A DNA stretch of 64,000 bases from Tubiluchus corallicola (Eukaryota > Animalia > Priapulida). A program made the position numbers and the translations under genes. Where the stretch lies: the NCBI GenBank assembly GCA_030141605.1, contig JAQGDQ010000424.1:124001-188000 (forward strand), given 5' to 3'. The notes under the pieces were generated by a model. That model did no database searches, was not told the origin of the DNA, and was given only the letters and a program-made list of their open reading frames with translations. This document shows, piece after piece, positions 50,081 through 63,838 of the stretch; positions within the stretch are counted from its first letter, which is position 1, and every line of letters begins with the position of its first letter.

Positions 50081-50843
50081 TTATACCAAATCACCGTACG
50101 AGTGGTACTTTTCATACCTGTACTGTTCAAGTTATACCAAATCACCGTAGGTCTGATACTTTTCATACCTGTACTGTTCAAGTTATACCAAATCACCGTA
50201 GGTCTGGTACTTTTCATACCTGTACTGTTCAAGTTATACCAAATCACCGTAGGTCTGGTACTTTTCATACCTGTACTGTTCAAGTTATACCAAATCACCG
50301 TACGTGTGGTACTTTTCATACCTGTACAGTTCAAGTTATACCAAATCACCGTACGTGTGGTACTTTTCATACCTGTACAGTTCAAGTTATACCAAATCAC
50401 CGTACGTGTGGTACTTTTCATACCTGTACTGTTCAAGTTATACCAAATCACCGTACGTGTGGTACTTTTCATACCTGTACTGTTCAAGTTATACCAAATC
50501 ACCGCACGTGTGGTACTTTTCATACCTGTACTGTTCAAGTTATACCAAATCACCGCACGTGTGGTACTTTTCATACCTGTACTGTTCAAGTTATACCAAA
50601 TCACCGCACGTGTGGTACTTTTCATACCTGTACTGTTCAAGTTATACCAAATCACCGCACGTGTGGTACTTTTCATACCTGTACTGTTCAAATTATACCA
50701 AATCACCGTACGTGTGGTACTTTTCATACCTGTACTGTTCAAGTTATACCAAATCACCGCACGTGTGGTACTTTTCATACCTGTACTGTTCAAGTTATAC
50801 CAAATCACCGCACGTGTGGTACTTTTCATACCTGTACTGTTCA
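50081..50843. repeat. 51-bp minisatellite, ~15 copies
   Basis: Unit ttataccaaatcaccgtacgtgtggtacttttcatacctgtactgttcaag. Confidence 0.96.
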
Positions 50844-51099
50844 TGCTTGAAGAGAATGATAATATTTAATATTTATTGAGCCATTAAGGAATGAAATCAC
50901 AGAAGGCAAAGAAAAAACGACTTAAAAACGGTCAACATCGGGACAAAGAAACCACATATAAGTGGTACAATGGTTCAAACACAAAAAACGCGAACAACAG
51001 AGCAACATACACATATATTATAAACTTAATATTGCATGTGTTACACTTAGTCAGTCAATCAGGCTTGCACTGAGTTATCTCAGTCGGGCCTGTCTTCAA

Positions 51100-51400
51100 A
51101 TATTTTGTGGACCAATCTGGCATTAATTTTAATAACTTCTACATCTTGTGATGCATTTAAAAACACGAACTGCTCATTAGGAGACATATAATGAAAGTTG
51201 GGACAGAAATCAGAAAAAATTCAAAAACATTTCTCTCTTATATGAACTGTACAGTGAACATTCAGTAATTACATACAATTCATCCTCTACTTCGTTCGAA
51301 TATATGTAAAATTTTTTACATATTCGATGTTGTACAGGTATTTGTTTCGGCTTATGATATTTATCGATTTCAATTGCTAATTTATAACTGGCATAGGTAA
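51100..51400 (-). mobile_element. Degenerate LINE (L2/Crack-like) C-terminal zinc-finger remnant
   Basis: KLAIEIDKY..IPVQHRICK..EVEDELYVITECSLY resembles the LxIExGRy..R.C..C..vEDE.Hf...C..Y motif, with lost ligands. Confidence 0.55.
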
Positions 51401-51939
51401 AGTATATCCCACACCTGCAGTAACTGGCCATTATAAGTGCGTTTATAGTTAGTTGTTTGAAATAATAATTGTTGTGAATATATAGAAATCAATTTGAATG
51501 AGAAAAACATGTAACAAATTTAGCTGAAATTTCGTCTTGACGTGAACTGCAGCCTGCAGTCTAGGAATATCATTATATGAGTCAAAAGTTTTAAATCATA
51601 ACTTATTCATTTCACATAACACAGTTTCAATAATTTTGTGAACAAAAATATAGTGAAAGGGCCTGTAATAAACGTAATACAATTTATTTTTTACTATTTC
51701 TGTACAACAAAAGCCTGACATTATGTTTGCCTATGTATAAATGTAATTGTGTTGCAGGCAATCAAAAAGCAGGACTTGTTTTGTTGTCCCACCCCGTGAA
51801 AGTAAAAAAAAGTAGTGAAAATAAACTGAAAATTATGAAGTAAATCAGCTGATAAAGAAAAACATTTAGTGCCTTTCTTTAACGTAGTGCCAACGAATGG
51901 TAAAAAAGTCACAGGTAAAAGAACAAGAAAAAAGAAATA

Positions 51940-52018
51940 ACCCTAAAATTAACACTAACCCTAATCCTAAGCCGAACCCTAACACTTCTCCTAACCCTGC
52001 CCCTAACCCTAACCCTAG
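51940..52018. repeat. Degenerate interstitial (CCCTAA)n tract
   Basis: Several ccctaa units between aaaaaagtcacagg / ctgacttttttcctg inverted motifs. Confidence 0.65.
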
Positions 52019-52692
52019 CAAGATTTAATTCTGACTTTTTTCCTGTGCTATTATCGGCCATCGTGCCAGCAAGGCCTGTATGTTGTGTTAACAGATATTG
52101 TACTGTACTTTACTGTACTATACTGTACTGTGCTGTACTGTGCTATACTATACTATACTATGCTGTACTGTACTGTACTATACTGTACAGTAAACTGTTA
52201 CCTACTTGCTGTTCATTTCAGTAATAACGTAACAATTCTCTAGCAGTGGTTTCACAACTTAATTAAAAACTTTACAAGCATGTAAACAGATATATATAGA
52301 ACGATTTTTCAAGTAGATAATAAGTAATCATGCATTAAAAATGTACAGTGTGTCGCAATGTGAATCCAAGCAATAATGACTATCATTCCAGTTAAGGTAT
52401 AGTAATATTTTACTGGCACAGTGAAAGAGTTTGATAGGTATTCCCGTAAACTTGTGTAGGTTTTGCGTCAAATTTTTGCAGGAGGGCAGTTTTTGGGGCG
52501 TCCTGTACGTTCTGTGCTGCAATTCGCTGAAATGAATGAAATCAAAGCGTGAAATTTTGAAGTATCTATGGACTAAATGGAGTATGTTCAACTACGAGAA
52601 CCGCCTTCAGTTTATATCACTATCTTAGAAAAGCAAGTGAAGTATCACTGCCCGTGGCGTTAAACTTTAACCGGTACGCAAAACTCTGGCCG

Positions 52693-52699
52693 TATAAGA
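52693..52699 (+). promoter_or_regulatory. Candidate TATA box of the chitinase gene
   Basis: TATAAGA about 200 bp upstream of the ATG at 52891. Positional inference only. Confidence 0.3.
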
Positions 52700-52890
52700 G
52701 GCTACGCTTTTTCAGAAGGAGAGGATAGGAGGAAGAATTTTGGAGCACCACGAGGAGTGCAAAGCAGTGAAGAAAAAAAAAATTCCAATTTTGTGTTTTA
52801 CGCGAGTCGAATTTTGGTAGTAAAGCCTGATTCCAATAAACAGGTTTGCAGTTGAAGTCGTAGATTTCTCTGAAAGAGTGAGCGACGAAG

Positions 52891-52972
52891 ATGAAAGTGA
52901 AAGAAAGTGCGTTCATAGTGCTACTCTTTTCTGCTGCTGTAGGAGTGTGTTTGGGAAATAGTGTTGACAAAC
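52891..52972 (+). CDS. GH18 chitinase exon 1 (signal peptide)
   Basis: MKVKESAFIVLLFSAAVGVCLGNSVDK(R): basic N-region and hydrophobic core. Donor gtaagt in phase 1 matches the 57016 exon. Confidence 0.8.
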
Positions 52973-54029
52973 GTAAGTACAAACGTATATTTACAAATTA
53001 CCCAAATTCACTGGTAGTTTAAAAATGACAAACCTCCAAAAAATCAATAACTACTGTTACGCTATTAATGAAATTACACAGGTAGAACGAAGTTAGTACA
53101 ATAATAAAATTAAGACTAAAATAATGCGTAAGACGTTAACATAGCTGCACTTACAAAGTGAGTTGTAATTTTGTTTCGCTTAAACATTCCGTTACTAAGA
53201 AGGATTCTACAGCAAACCTATATCATACTCGCGAGAACTATGTTTACTGTAGAGATAATCTCTGGCTTCTATTTCCCTTCTAAATTTAAAAAACCATTCA
53301 AATGCGAAACCAAATATGAAAACATTTATAAACCTGAACGCTATCTTGTCGTAATTTGCCATGTGCTGACTTGATAAATTGTTACTTCCTCTTTCTCCCG
53401 TGTTTTTTATCTTCTAATGTTTCGCTCCCTCTGCTGATGGTTCTTTACGTTCTAGTTCATCAGCTTGTTAAAGGAAAGGTCAACCCTTCTGGAAATCAGC
53501 CTTATTTCAATGTTTGCGAAAAAGTGTTACAAAGATTTAGCAATAAAACTGCAATAAGAGCCTGGGGTAATTAGTAAAATCATTTTAAAGTCGCGATCAC
53601 ATCATGCTTGGACGCTCTTATTTTCATTGTCTTCCAATGACGTCATTGTGTTAAAGAAAAGTAGCGTACTGTCAATCTTCGTCAAAAGTATAAGAAGATT
53701 GGTAGCTAATTTTGTAATATTTTTACGCGAACATTAGCTAAGCTGCCGAAGTTAGGGTTAGTTTATGCAGCGCGCGTATACGGAAAGCCACGATGCGCTT
53801 ACGAAAAGTCACGAAGTCTCACAGTAACGTCATGATTTTCGAGTGAATGGCGGCAAACATCACGCGTAAAAATTTCTATACAGAGGTAATATATTTTAAA
53901 TTTACACTTTATTGCAAATTTCTTTGCTATATTTTTCTAAGTTCAAGAGATAACAGTAAAATAAACTAAACATACTGACTGACTTGATCTTTCCTTTAAC
54001 ATTTCTTTATATGTGAGAGTTGAGCTGAT

Positions 54030-54660
54030 GGCTTGATGGCCACTGTAAATGATAAACTTGGTACCCACTGTAAATGCTAGACTTCATGGCCACTGTAAAT
54101 ACTGGACTTGATGGCCACTGTAAATACTGGACTTGATGGCCACTGTAAATGATAAACTTGGTACCCACTGTAAATACTGGACTTGATGGCCACTGTAAAT
54201 GATAAACTTGGTACCCACTGTAAATACTGGACTTGATGGCCACTGTAAATAACAAACTTGGTACCCACTGTAAATGCTAGACTTGGTAATCATTGTAGAT
54301 GCTGGCTCTGTGTCCATTATAAATGAGGGATTTGTTGTACAATGTAATTTCTGGATTTGGAATTCACTGTAAATTTTGGGCCATCGCCTTGGATTTGATA
54401 CCCAACGTAAATGTCACTATAGATGCTGGATTTGATACCCAGCGTTAATGTCACTATAGATGCTGGATTTGATACCCAACGTTAATGTCACTATAGATGC
54501 TGGATTTGATACCCAACGCTAATGTCACTATAGATGCTGGATTTGAAACCCAACGTTAATGTCACTATAGATGCTGGATTTGATACCCAACGTTAATGTC
54601 ACTATAGATGCTGGATTTGATACCCAACGCAAATGTCACTTTAGATGCTGGATTTGAAAC
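54030..54660. repeat. Two adjacent minisatellites (alternating 26/28-bp units, then a 39-bp unit x ~7)
   Basis: gatggccactgtaaatactggactt / ggtacccactgtaaat..., then ggatttgatacccaacgttaatgtcactatagatgct-type units. Confidence 0.88.
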
Positions 54661-57015
54661 ACATTACTGAATTTGGCTGACTCTGTCATGGGCTAAATTT
54701 TCGAAATCGGGGAGGGGGATGCGATTGGTGTATCCTACTAAATATAACCGCCAGTGCCGTTCTAATCATTATCAGGCACTTGATATCATTATATCGATTA
54801 CTGATACTATTGATTATATTGATACTGTGCACGGTCTCCTGAACGAGTTTAGGAAAGGAATATAAAGCATTGCTTTTCTAAGACTGTCAGTACATCATAC
54901 ACAAGCACACGATATTAAACCCGGAGTAATAAAATAACATTGTGACCCGATTATCAAAAGTCAGCGCGTCCATTATAAATTTACAAATTTACGACAACAA
55001 CCGGTAAATTTATCATATCCGGTCCTTGTTGCCTCCAAGCCAATTTGTCAGAAACGTTTTAACGACTTCTTACCGTCGTTGAAGAGAATGGATACCTCTC
55101 AGAAGTGAATGAAACGTATTGGATTGGAAATGTCTGATCTGTAGGATCACCATACGAGATTTAAATTACCAAGTACGTAGTTCGAACTGCTTACCAGGAA
55201 TACCTCTATTAGTGTACTGTAAAGATAGCGGATTAAAAATTGCAGATTTTTTTTATTTAAAATTTATTTCAGCTATATAAAAATGCTATAGAAAAACTAA
55301 AATGTTCACTAGAACCTAAGAAACATTGCATGTCATGCACTATTAGAAGAACTACAAATATATACAAAAATATAATAAAAATATAGACAAATTTTAAAAC
55401 TACAAGGCATTGGTTAAAACCCAGCGGTCACTACTTCAAAAATTATGCCAATTCCTAAATATTCGAGTACAAAATCGTTTGGTAGGAAATATGATATACA
55501 ATAGAATTTGTGGGCCCGATAATTCGTGGTTTTAAGCTATAGGCACAGTGATGCTACAGTACTTTAAAATGTTCTTAATTATTTTCTTTACATATTGTAG
55601 AAGGAAGGCATATTGTAAGTATAACACGTGAAAAACTTGTGAAGAACATTGTTGCTAGAGACGCGGATTTTGGTTAAACTTCATACGGCCACATGAACGA
55701 AGTGGACGAAATGGCCAAACCTGGACATTAATTTTCTATGGAGTGACATTTGTGTTGGCGTTTTCGTATTTTCGTAAAACTAGAATAAGAACTTTGCAAT
55801 CTTTTCGTTCCAGTAAAATATCCACAAGCTCTTATTTTTATTATTTTCTGGATTTTTTGCGTTGACCTAATAATAAATCTCTGTGATTGCGCTACGAAAT
55901 TTGTTGTTTAAGACGCAACGATTTCATTACTTTGTGTTAAAGAAAAATGTAAAAGATTGAAACGTGACATTTAAGATTACTTTTAAACATGAAATTCTAT
56001 CATTTAATCTATACTTCTAATCTGATACGTATTTATTTGGAAAATTTGGCTTTCAGGTCGTAAGTACGTCCTACATTGTAAGTACGGGGTCATGGAGAAA
56101 AAGAAACTAATCATGTGCTTTATGCATCTGATGTAAATCATTATTTTACGTGTTAGTAGTAATTTTGTTTTATTAAAACTTGATTTCGCGTTCCAATGGG
56201 AACTTCTGCCTTCTCTCAACCAATTTTTAGAAGCTGTTTTTGAATACTTTGCTCAGTATTTAAACCACATTTGTGAAAGAGTTTTAGGAAGAATTATGCT
56301 TGCATAGCAAACTCGTCCATAAGTCGGTAATTAAGCTGTTCTATTTATTCACATATCCTGAATCTCCGTTTCACGAGGACCATTTTGATACAAAGTTCAT
56401 CACTCTATGTTATTTCCAAACTGAGATAATCCACGTTGAAGTTGAGGTGCAGGCTGCACCATGAAAAACATTATCTTGGGAAAATTGCTGTTAAAATCAG
56501 TCATTGTTTTGTCGCGTGTCTGCAAAACACTTAGCAACCCTACAAATGTGGGTTGCTATGGACTTTGCAAAAACACATTGAAGTTATGTTTAAATCCAGT
56601 AGATGGCTCTTCCTAACGAAGATCAGGGCTTGGCAACAGAAAAGACCCGAAGCAAAATGACTACTTCAACAAGCTGCTATCAGAGCTTGAAATACAAGTT
56701 TTTTCAATTGCAATATTAGTTTCTAGACAGAAAAGTGTGTAAGGAGTTATAAAATTAAATTTCTAATATTTTTGAACACTTTTCTGATAATTTGATGCTA
56801 GAATATAAAAATCCGATACATTTAGTGTTGGTTTTTATTAAAAACAAAAAAATGACATTTGACCAAATTTTTGGTACTTTCTACCTTGAAGCATCGTGAT
56901 GCAGTTCTGACTATTCTGACTTATGGACGGTTTTGGTTTGCCGGCATTATTAGTATCTACGTTTATCAAGATACTGGCCACTTGATGAGATTGATATAAT
57001 TTTTGTTTTTTTCAG

Positions 57016-57183
57016 GTAAGATTGTAGGATGCTATTTTACAAACTGGTCACAGTATAGGCCAGGCATTGGAAAATTTCAACCGTCTAATATTGATCCATC
57101 ACTGTGTACACACATTTACTATGCATTCGCTGAAATAAAGACTAGTACACTTCAACTCAAGTCTAGAGAATGGAACGATGCAA
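57016..57183 (+). CDS. GH18 chitinase exon 2
   Basis: [55 protein letters not shown], with the CYFTNWxQYR and LCTH motifs of animal chitinases. Confidence 0.95.
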
Positions 57184-57287
57184 GTACGTGTCTCCTATTT
57201 CTCTCCACTTTGCCTCTCCTTAATCTTTTTATCTATTTGTTATTTTTCCCCTTCTTTCGTTCTTTCTCTTACTTTGCTCACTCCCCA

Positions 57288-57289
<2 letters not shown>

Positions 57290-57381
<92 letters not shown>

Positions 57382-57555
57382 ATCTCTATCTCTATCTCTA
57401 TCTCTATCTCTATCTCTATCTCTATCTCTATCTCTCTATCTCTATCTCTATCTATCTATCTACTACCTACCTATACTACCTACCTACCTACCTACCTACC
57501 TACCTACCTACCTACCTACCTACCTACCTACCTACCTACCTACCTACCTACCTAC

Positions 57556-57589
<34 letters not shown>

Positions 57590-57590
57590 G
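57290..57590. repeat. Compound (CT)n-(CTCTAT)n-(CCTA)n-(CTAT)n microsatellite
   Basis: Direct reading. Confidence 0.96.
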
Positions 57591-58295
57591 TCATTTTCTC
57601 TTCTTCTCTCTCTTTTTTCCCTCTCTGTTTGTCTATCACTCTCCTTCTCTTTTTCTTTCTGTTTAACTTACGTACACTCTAACCCGCGATTCTGTTATCT
57701 TTCATAAATTCCCTACATTCTACAACCCTCCCCCACACTCCCTCCACTCCCACTCACCTACCGCACATCGTCTTTTTCCCCGATTCTATTCCTTCCGTTT
57801 CCTTTTATTTTTATTTTTTTTTATTCTTATATTCTTTTTATTCTTTTACTTATATTATTCTTTTTATTCCTTAAATGTCTACTTTTTATAACATGTTTTT
57901 CAGCTAGTGAATAGCTAGTAACATTACCCGTCGTAAAAGCCTTTACTTGATTTTATTAGCAAAACCCCGACAAAACACAAAAGCCACTTATAATTTTGTT
58001 ATACGACTTTTTGTATAAGTATAATGGTCTTTTTTTATTAGTTTCGCGTTTATTATAAAAATGAACTTTTGCGGAAACTCTTCACGTGCGGTTTATAAAT
58101 GAGAATAAAAAATAAACCGAACAGGAAGAGGTCACTAATAAAACTGCTTGTTCACTGCGTCGGGAACTTCTAAGTAACTTTTAATAGATCCGGAGAATTA
58201 AAAAAGCTAAGAAACTCTATAAGTAACTAAAAGAAACAGCGCGCTAACAAATGCTACATAAACATGCTAATGTTAATTCACACAAATTCTATTAA

Positions 58296-58830
58296 AGGAA
58301 GACCGGAAGATTGTTTAGGCTCAATCTCATTGAAATTTACTGTCCAAAATATACATTCTCTTGCCTATAAATGTTAACAATTGTTCCTTATATTTGAATA
58401 ATTAGCTTAGAAAGTTAATTAACGGCAACCGAACACAGCTATTGCTTACGTCAGAAACTAACCACGCTTTGTGCAATGGCAGGTATCCTTCCTTGCGCAT
58501 CAAGCACATTTACATAAGTGTTACTGCTTAAACGCGTGATGTCACGAAAATGCGCTCTACATCATATGACGTTAGAAACTAAGACTGCAGGTCATGCTTA
58601 TCACGGTACCGCCTTTTTTGTCGGCCACACGAATGTGACTAAAAGGTGCCACTGCCAATCTTATTAGATTCACTGAGCCGCGCGTAGCTTTGAAAGTTTA
58701 ACAAAATTTGAGTAACTGAGGTAATTATTATTTAATCTAAGCTTTGATTTAAAAAAAGCTATTGTAGTTTTCAATATTTTAGAGCATTCTTTATTCTGAA
58801 CTTGTGTTTACACAATCATCCGGTTTTCCT
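58296..58830. mobile_element. TTAA-flanked MITE, second copy
   Basis: TTAA|aggaagaccgg ... ccggttttcct|TTAA. Colinear with 13347-13888. Confidence 0.8.
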
Positions 58831-59070
58831 TTAAATACTGCGGTTATATCTAGTGAGATGGCCTAACTTTCTGGGTGTCTGTGCAAAAATTCTGCCATAC
58901 ACTGTCTTGCCCGATTCATACATTTATTTGGGCTAATTAGACTGGACTATGATTTGGTCATCGTATTTCAGCATATTACCATATTTTCTACTGCATTGTT
59001 TCTTTTGAAACGCCCTGTACAAGACGACTTGCAGATTAAGAAATAGCCTGCGAATCGAATTCGCCTGTTT

Positions 59071-59460
59071 CAAGAAAGACAGGATGATTTTTCATATACT
59101 GCCCCATTTTCAAATCCGATAAAACGTATACATTTCAACACAATTAACACAGCAAAAGCGTTTCTGATAATTAAATAACAGATCAAAATCTTAATTAAAG
59201 GCAGGCGAGCCTAACTAGTGATGACATCACAAACTAACGTAATTTTCAACAGCAAAAATGTTCCACGAGCGTGTTGCAAGTGTTTGAGCAAGCGAAAATT
59301 GAAGTACAGTGCTACTGTGAGATATTCAGTGTATTGTTTTAAAATTAGGCAAGTTTTAAGATAAAAATTCAAATTCCAAATTTACCGCTGTGGTCACGCA
59401 TGAGCTGTCGAACGTGTGTAGTTCCTGACAAACGAACACATACGAAATGAGAGGTACAGC
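59071..59460. mobile_element. Repeat element, copy upstream of chitinase exon 3
   Basis: Direct-orientation homolog of 60632-61040. Confidence 0.75.
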
Positions 59461-59676
59461 TACTGTAAAAGATTCATTGCGTTGTACTTGACCATTCGAT
59501 GCCCACCCCTGCTCAGTAGTGGTTGCGTCTGTTAGTGGCGCGAAGTACAGTGGTACTGTAAGAGATTCATTGTGTTGTACTTGAACGTTCGATGCCCACC
59601 CCTGCTCAGTAGTGGTTACGTCTGTTTTATTTCTCAAATCATTACCAGTTTCAATTGACTGTGGAGCGTTTTACAG

Positions 59677-59939
59677 AACTGTACGCAGAAGTGACGGCTC
59701 TCAAACAGCAGAACCCAAACTTGAAAGTTCTCCTCTCCATCGGTGGCTACAACGTGGGACCCGCCATCTTTACACAGATCGCCTTTAGCAACACCAACTT
59801 GCGCGCTTTCATACAGGGAGTGATCCGGTTCCTCCGGAAACACCAGTTTGATGGTCTGGACGTTGACTGGGAATATCCGGGAGACACCAGTAGGGGTGGC
59901 TCCTCGCGGGACATCAAGAATTATCCGATTCTTCTGCAG
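59677..59939 (+). CDS. GH18 chitinase exon 3 (catalytic DxxDxDxE)
   Basis: (K)LYAEVTALKQQNPNLKVLLSIGGYNVG...FLRKHQFDGLDVDWEYPG...LLQ. Phase-1 acceptor ttttacag, donor gtaaat. Catalytic Glu present. Confidence 0.95.
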
Positions 59940-59960
59940 GTAAATTGATAAAATTCATTG

Positions 59961-60335
59961 ATCAATAAAATCACGAAATTAAATCGCAATATTTAAAGAA
60001 TTATGGACATTTTGTGGTTCTCCAACGATAGATGATATGAATTGCTTGTTTATCCACACCATATTTCGACAGATGCATGTCTTATCGGTTGTTACTGGAG
60101 CTAAAAGTGAATTAAAAAATAAACCATAGGATAGAAAAATCCCATATCATCTGATTAAAACGTAAATATGTTAAAATATCGTGTAAATAAATGAGCAGTT
60201 CGTGCCATCTGTCGAAATATTGTGTAGATAGACAAGCAATTCATATCATCTACTTACTTCATAATTCATTGAAGAATCATATAATGTCCATAATTCTTTA
60301 AATATTGCGATTTGTTTTCGTGATTTTTTTTTGAT
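59961..60335. mobile_element. Foldback (palindromic) element
   Basis: About 59961-60077 is the reverse complement of about 60203-60335 (e.g. aaatcgcaatatttaaagaattatggacatt / aatgtccataattctttaaatattgcgattt). Confidence 0.85.
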
Positions 60336-60631
60336 AATTGGCCAAGTGCCAACAGTATAAAATGGGTGTTAGTAGTTAAAGAAACTTAATTCATCATTTC
60401 TTGTGGTATGTGAGTATATTGTGTGCACATAGATACAGTTCCTTCAGCTTAGTCGGTATTAAATAAAATCACCATTTTTCTCTCGGCAGCTTTGTCAATG
60501 CGCAAACGTTTCACGTAGTGTAGTGTTCCTTTCTAACAAAAACACATGAGAGACATTATTCAGATAGATATGTCAGTATTATCTATTGATTCAATCATTT
60601 CTATTTGTCATGATTCGTTTTTTTTTGTTAA

Positions 60632-61040
60632 AGGAAGACAGGATGATTTTTCATGTGCTACCCCTTTTATCGGGTCAAGTCCGATAAAAAGTATATACAT
60701 TTTAACACAATTAACACTGCAAAAGCGTTTCTGATAATTAAATAATGTATTAAAAATTTAATTAACGGTGAGCGAGCCCAACTATTGATGACATCACAAA
60801 CTAACATAATTTTCAACACCAAAAATACTCTACGAGTGTGTTGCACGTGTTTGTGAAAGCGAAAATTGAAGTACAGTGCTACTGTAAGATATTCAATGTG
60901 TTGTACTAAAACTAGGCAAGTTTTAAGATAAAAATTCTAATTTCAAATTTACCGCAGTGCTCACACATGAGCTGTTGAACGTGTGTAGTTCGTCACAAAC
61001 TAACACATCTGAACTGAGAGGTACAGGACTTGTCTTTTCC
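60632..61040. mobile_element. TTAA-AGG-type MITE, copy downstream of chitinase exon 3
   Basis: TTAA|aggaagacagg ... cttgtcttttcc. Homologous to 59071-59460. Confidence 0.72.
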
Positions 61041-62330
61041 GACATGCAGGCGCTAGTGCCCGTCTAACTAACGAATGGCGAAATGCATGTAACAGCGAAG
61101 AACTAGTGGCGCAAACGTGAAATTGTGTTTGTGTGGTAATAATTCTTTCACGTAAGTCATTTTCCAAAAAATAGTATGTTTCCTTTCAATATTTTAAAGA
61201 GTAGATTGTTTTGACCTACAGTTTAAGATTCTTTCCATAGCTTTAATATCTTTGAATTTCCCTTATTACTTACTGAACATCATCAAATGCAAAGGCTATG
61301 AAAGAAGTGAATAGCATAGTGTACGGCTTTTGTTGCAGTAAGACACCACGTGGAACGCTTGGGCATCTTCCGCATTACAGAATTATTTTCGTGCCGTATT
61401 GTGAATGGGCGCTATTACACTGCTGAAAGTTTAAAGCATGCTTTTCTGATTTCTGCTGAGATGAATTTGCATTGAGCCGATTTCAAAACCCGTGTGGGGA
61501 TCTAAATTGAGCAAACAATCTATTTTAAAGGACAAGAAAAGGGGTACCTGAAGCAGGTTTCAGAAAAATCACCTTAAAAATTATGTTACTTTACAGCAAT
61601 TTTATGCGTATATCGTGCTCTCATTGAAGAGAATTTTTGTTTGTTTTAATTTTAAATTTCTCGCAATACTGTTCCGACGGCGCCATTACATGACGTCAGT
61701 ACGCCACGTAAATCAGGGGAAGAAAAGGAAATCTTAAATTATGACGCAAAAAACTTTCCATGCAAATCTATATTACCTAGCATTTCACTTACCTGCTGGA
61801 AACACTTATGTGGCCCTCCATGGTGCGCCACTCACTGGCCAAAAACGTATTTTTAATCTTATTGACAAGATACAGTAATTTCAAATTTTACTTAATTAGC
61901 AATTCGTATGCTACGAATGCTCTGATTATTTTTAAAACTTTACTTAATGTTATCAAAACTTGTTTCAAACGACCTACCATTAAAATAGCTCCGCCTAACG
62001 GTCGTCGCGGGAGTTTAAATTTACACGATTTATACAGCTTTGCTGCCGACGCAAGCCTTGCATACGAAAAGGTAGTATGTAAGTGGCATAAAATTTCGAG
62101 ACGAATTTTTAAGCTTTATGTTAGTGGAGGCTTTTCTTTTGCTTTAACGAAATTCCGTTCCTGGAACCTACGCTAAACGGAATATCCCATGGTGCAACGC
62201 GGCATTCAGACAAAATTGCTTGCAACTTACATTGGGTCGTGCATTACTTATGCTACCTTTCTTAGGCCACAGTGAGTTTGAAAGTGTAAACTAAGGAAAT
62301 TAAGATAACTAAAGATCTTTAACTGTTTTG

Positions 62331-62740
<410 letters not shown>

Positions 62741-63054
62741 ACTGCGACAGTTGTACCCACGAGTACTCGCTATTTCTATAAAAACAGTTTTGTACTCATA
62801 TACCTGGCATAAATCATCACAGAGACAATTATCTTGCGAATCCCTCATTAGTCATAACTTCGTTCTATAGAAAAGCTCCGTCCACACTGTGTTAGACTTT
62901 ATTTCGAAGTTGCTGCTCACACGTGTATTTTCAAATTAAATTAAACCATTGTGAAATAATTAATGAATAAGTTATGGTATTCTCCACACGAAATTAATAA
63001 TGCGCTAGAGACTAGTAGTTGATTTTTTTACTGAAATAATTTCATTATTTCCAG

Positions 63055-63179
63055 GATATAAAGCGAGCTTTCGAACTGGAAGCAGCGCAGAAACAGCTTG
63101 AGCAATTATTGTTGACTGTCGCCGGTCCTGCTGGACAGTATTTCATCTACCTGGGGTTCGACATTGCCAACATTTCAAG
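63055..63179 (+). CDS. GH18 chitinase exon 4 (gene continues beyond the window)
   Basis: DIKRAFELEAAQKQLEQLLLTVAGPAGQYFIYLGFDIANIS(R), equivalent to the AFEQEA...RLLLTAAV...GY segment. Acceptor tttccag, donor gtcagc (phase 2). Confidence 0.9.
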
Positions 63180-63294
63180 GTCAGCCATCATTTTAGTCAA
63201 ACGACAATTCAATTTCGCGAAAAAATTAGGAATTGCTTTGAATGATTCGAGGTTTTCATTCTTGAAGATCTCTCTGTTCTTGAATCAGTTTTCT

Positions 63295-63838
63295 GTTGTT
63301 GCTAGTATTGTTGCTTCTAGTGTTGCTTCTAGTGTTGCTTCTAGTGTTGTTTCTAGTGTAGCTACTATTGTTGCTTCTAGTGTTGCTTCTAATGTTGCTA
63401 CTAGTGTTGCTACTAGTGTCGCTATTAGTGTTGCTACTATTGTTGCGACTAGTGTTGCTACTAGTGTTGCTACTATTGTTGCTTCTAGTGTTGCTACTAA
63501 TGTTGCTTCAAGTGTTGCTTCTAGTGTTGCTGCTCGTGTTGCTTCTAGTGTTGCTACTAATGTTGCTTCTAGTGTTGCTTCTAGTGTTGCTACTAGTGTT
63601 GCTACTATTGTTGCTTCTAGTGTTGCTACTAGTGTTGCTACTATTGTTGCTTCTAGTGTTGCTACTAGTGTTGCTACTATTGTTGCTTCTAGTGTTGCTT
63701 CTAATGTTGCTTCTAGTGTTACTTCTAGTATTGCTACTAATGTTGCTTCAAGTGTTGCTACTAGTATTGCTACTCGTTTTGCTTCTAGTGTTGTTACTAA
63801 TGTTGCTTCTAGTGTTATTTCTAGTGTTGCTTCTAGTG
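63295..63838. repeat. 12-bp minisatellite (gttgcttctagt)n, ~45 copies
   Basis: Direct reading. Lies in chitinase intron 4. Confidence 0.95.

Noticed and set aside
51940-52018. Telomere or chromosome fusion site
   Set aside because: Short, degenerate, in a single orientation and enclosed by inverted motifs, so it is more likely part of a small mobile element.
54400-54650. tcactatag motif resembling T7/SP6 promoters (vector contamination)
   Set aside because: Only ~9 nt match, within a 39-bp genomic minisatellite, and there is no other vector sequence.
59649-59676. Alternative upstream acceptor (ccag at 59648) for chitinase exon 3
   Set aside because: It is phase 0 while exon 2 ends in phase 1. 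The 59676 acceptor restores the conserved WNDxxLY spacing.
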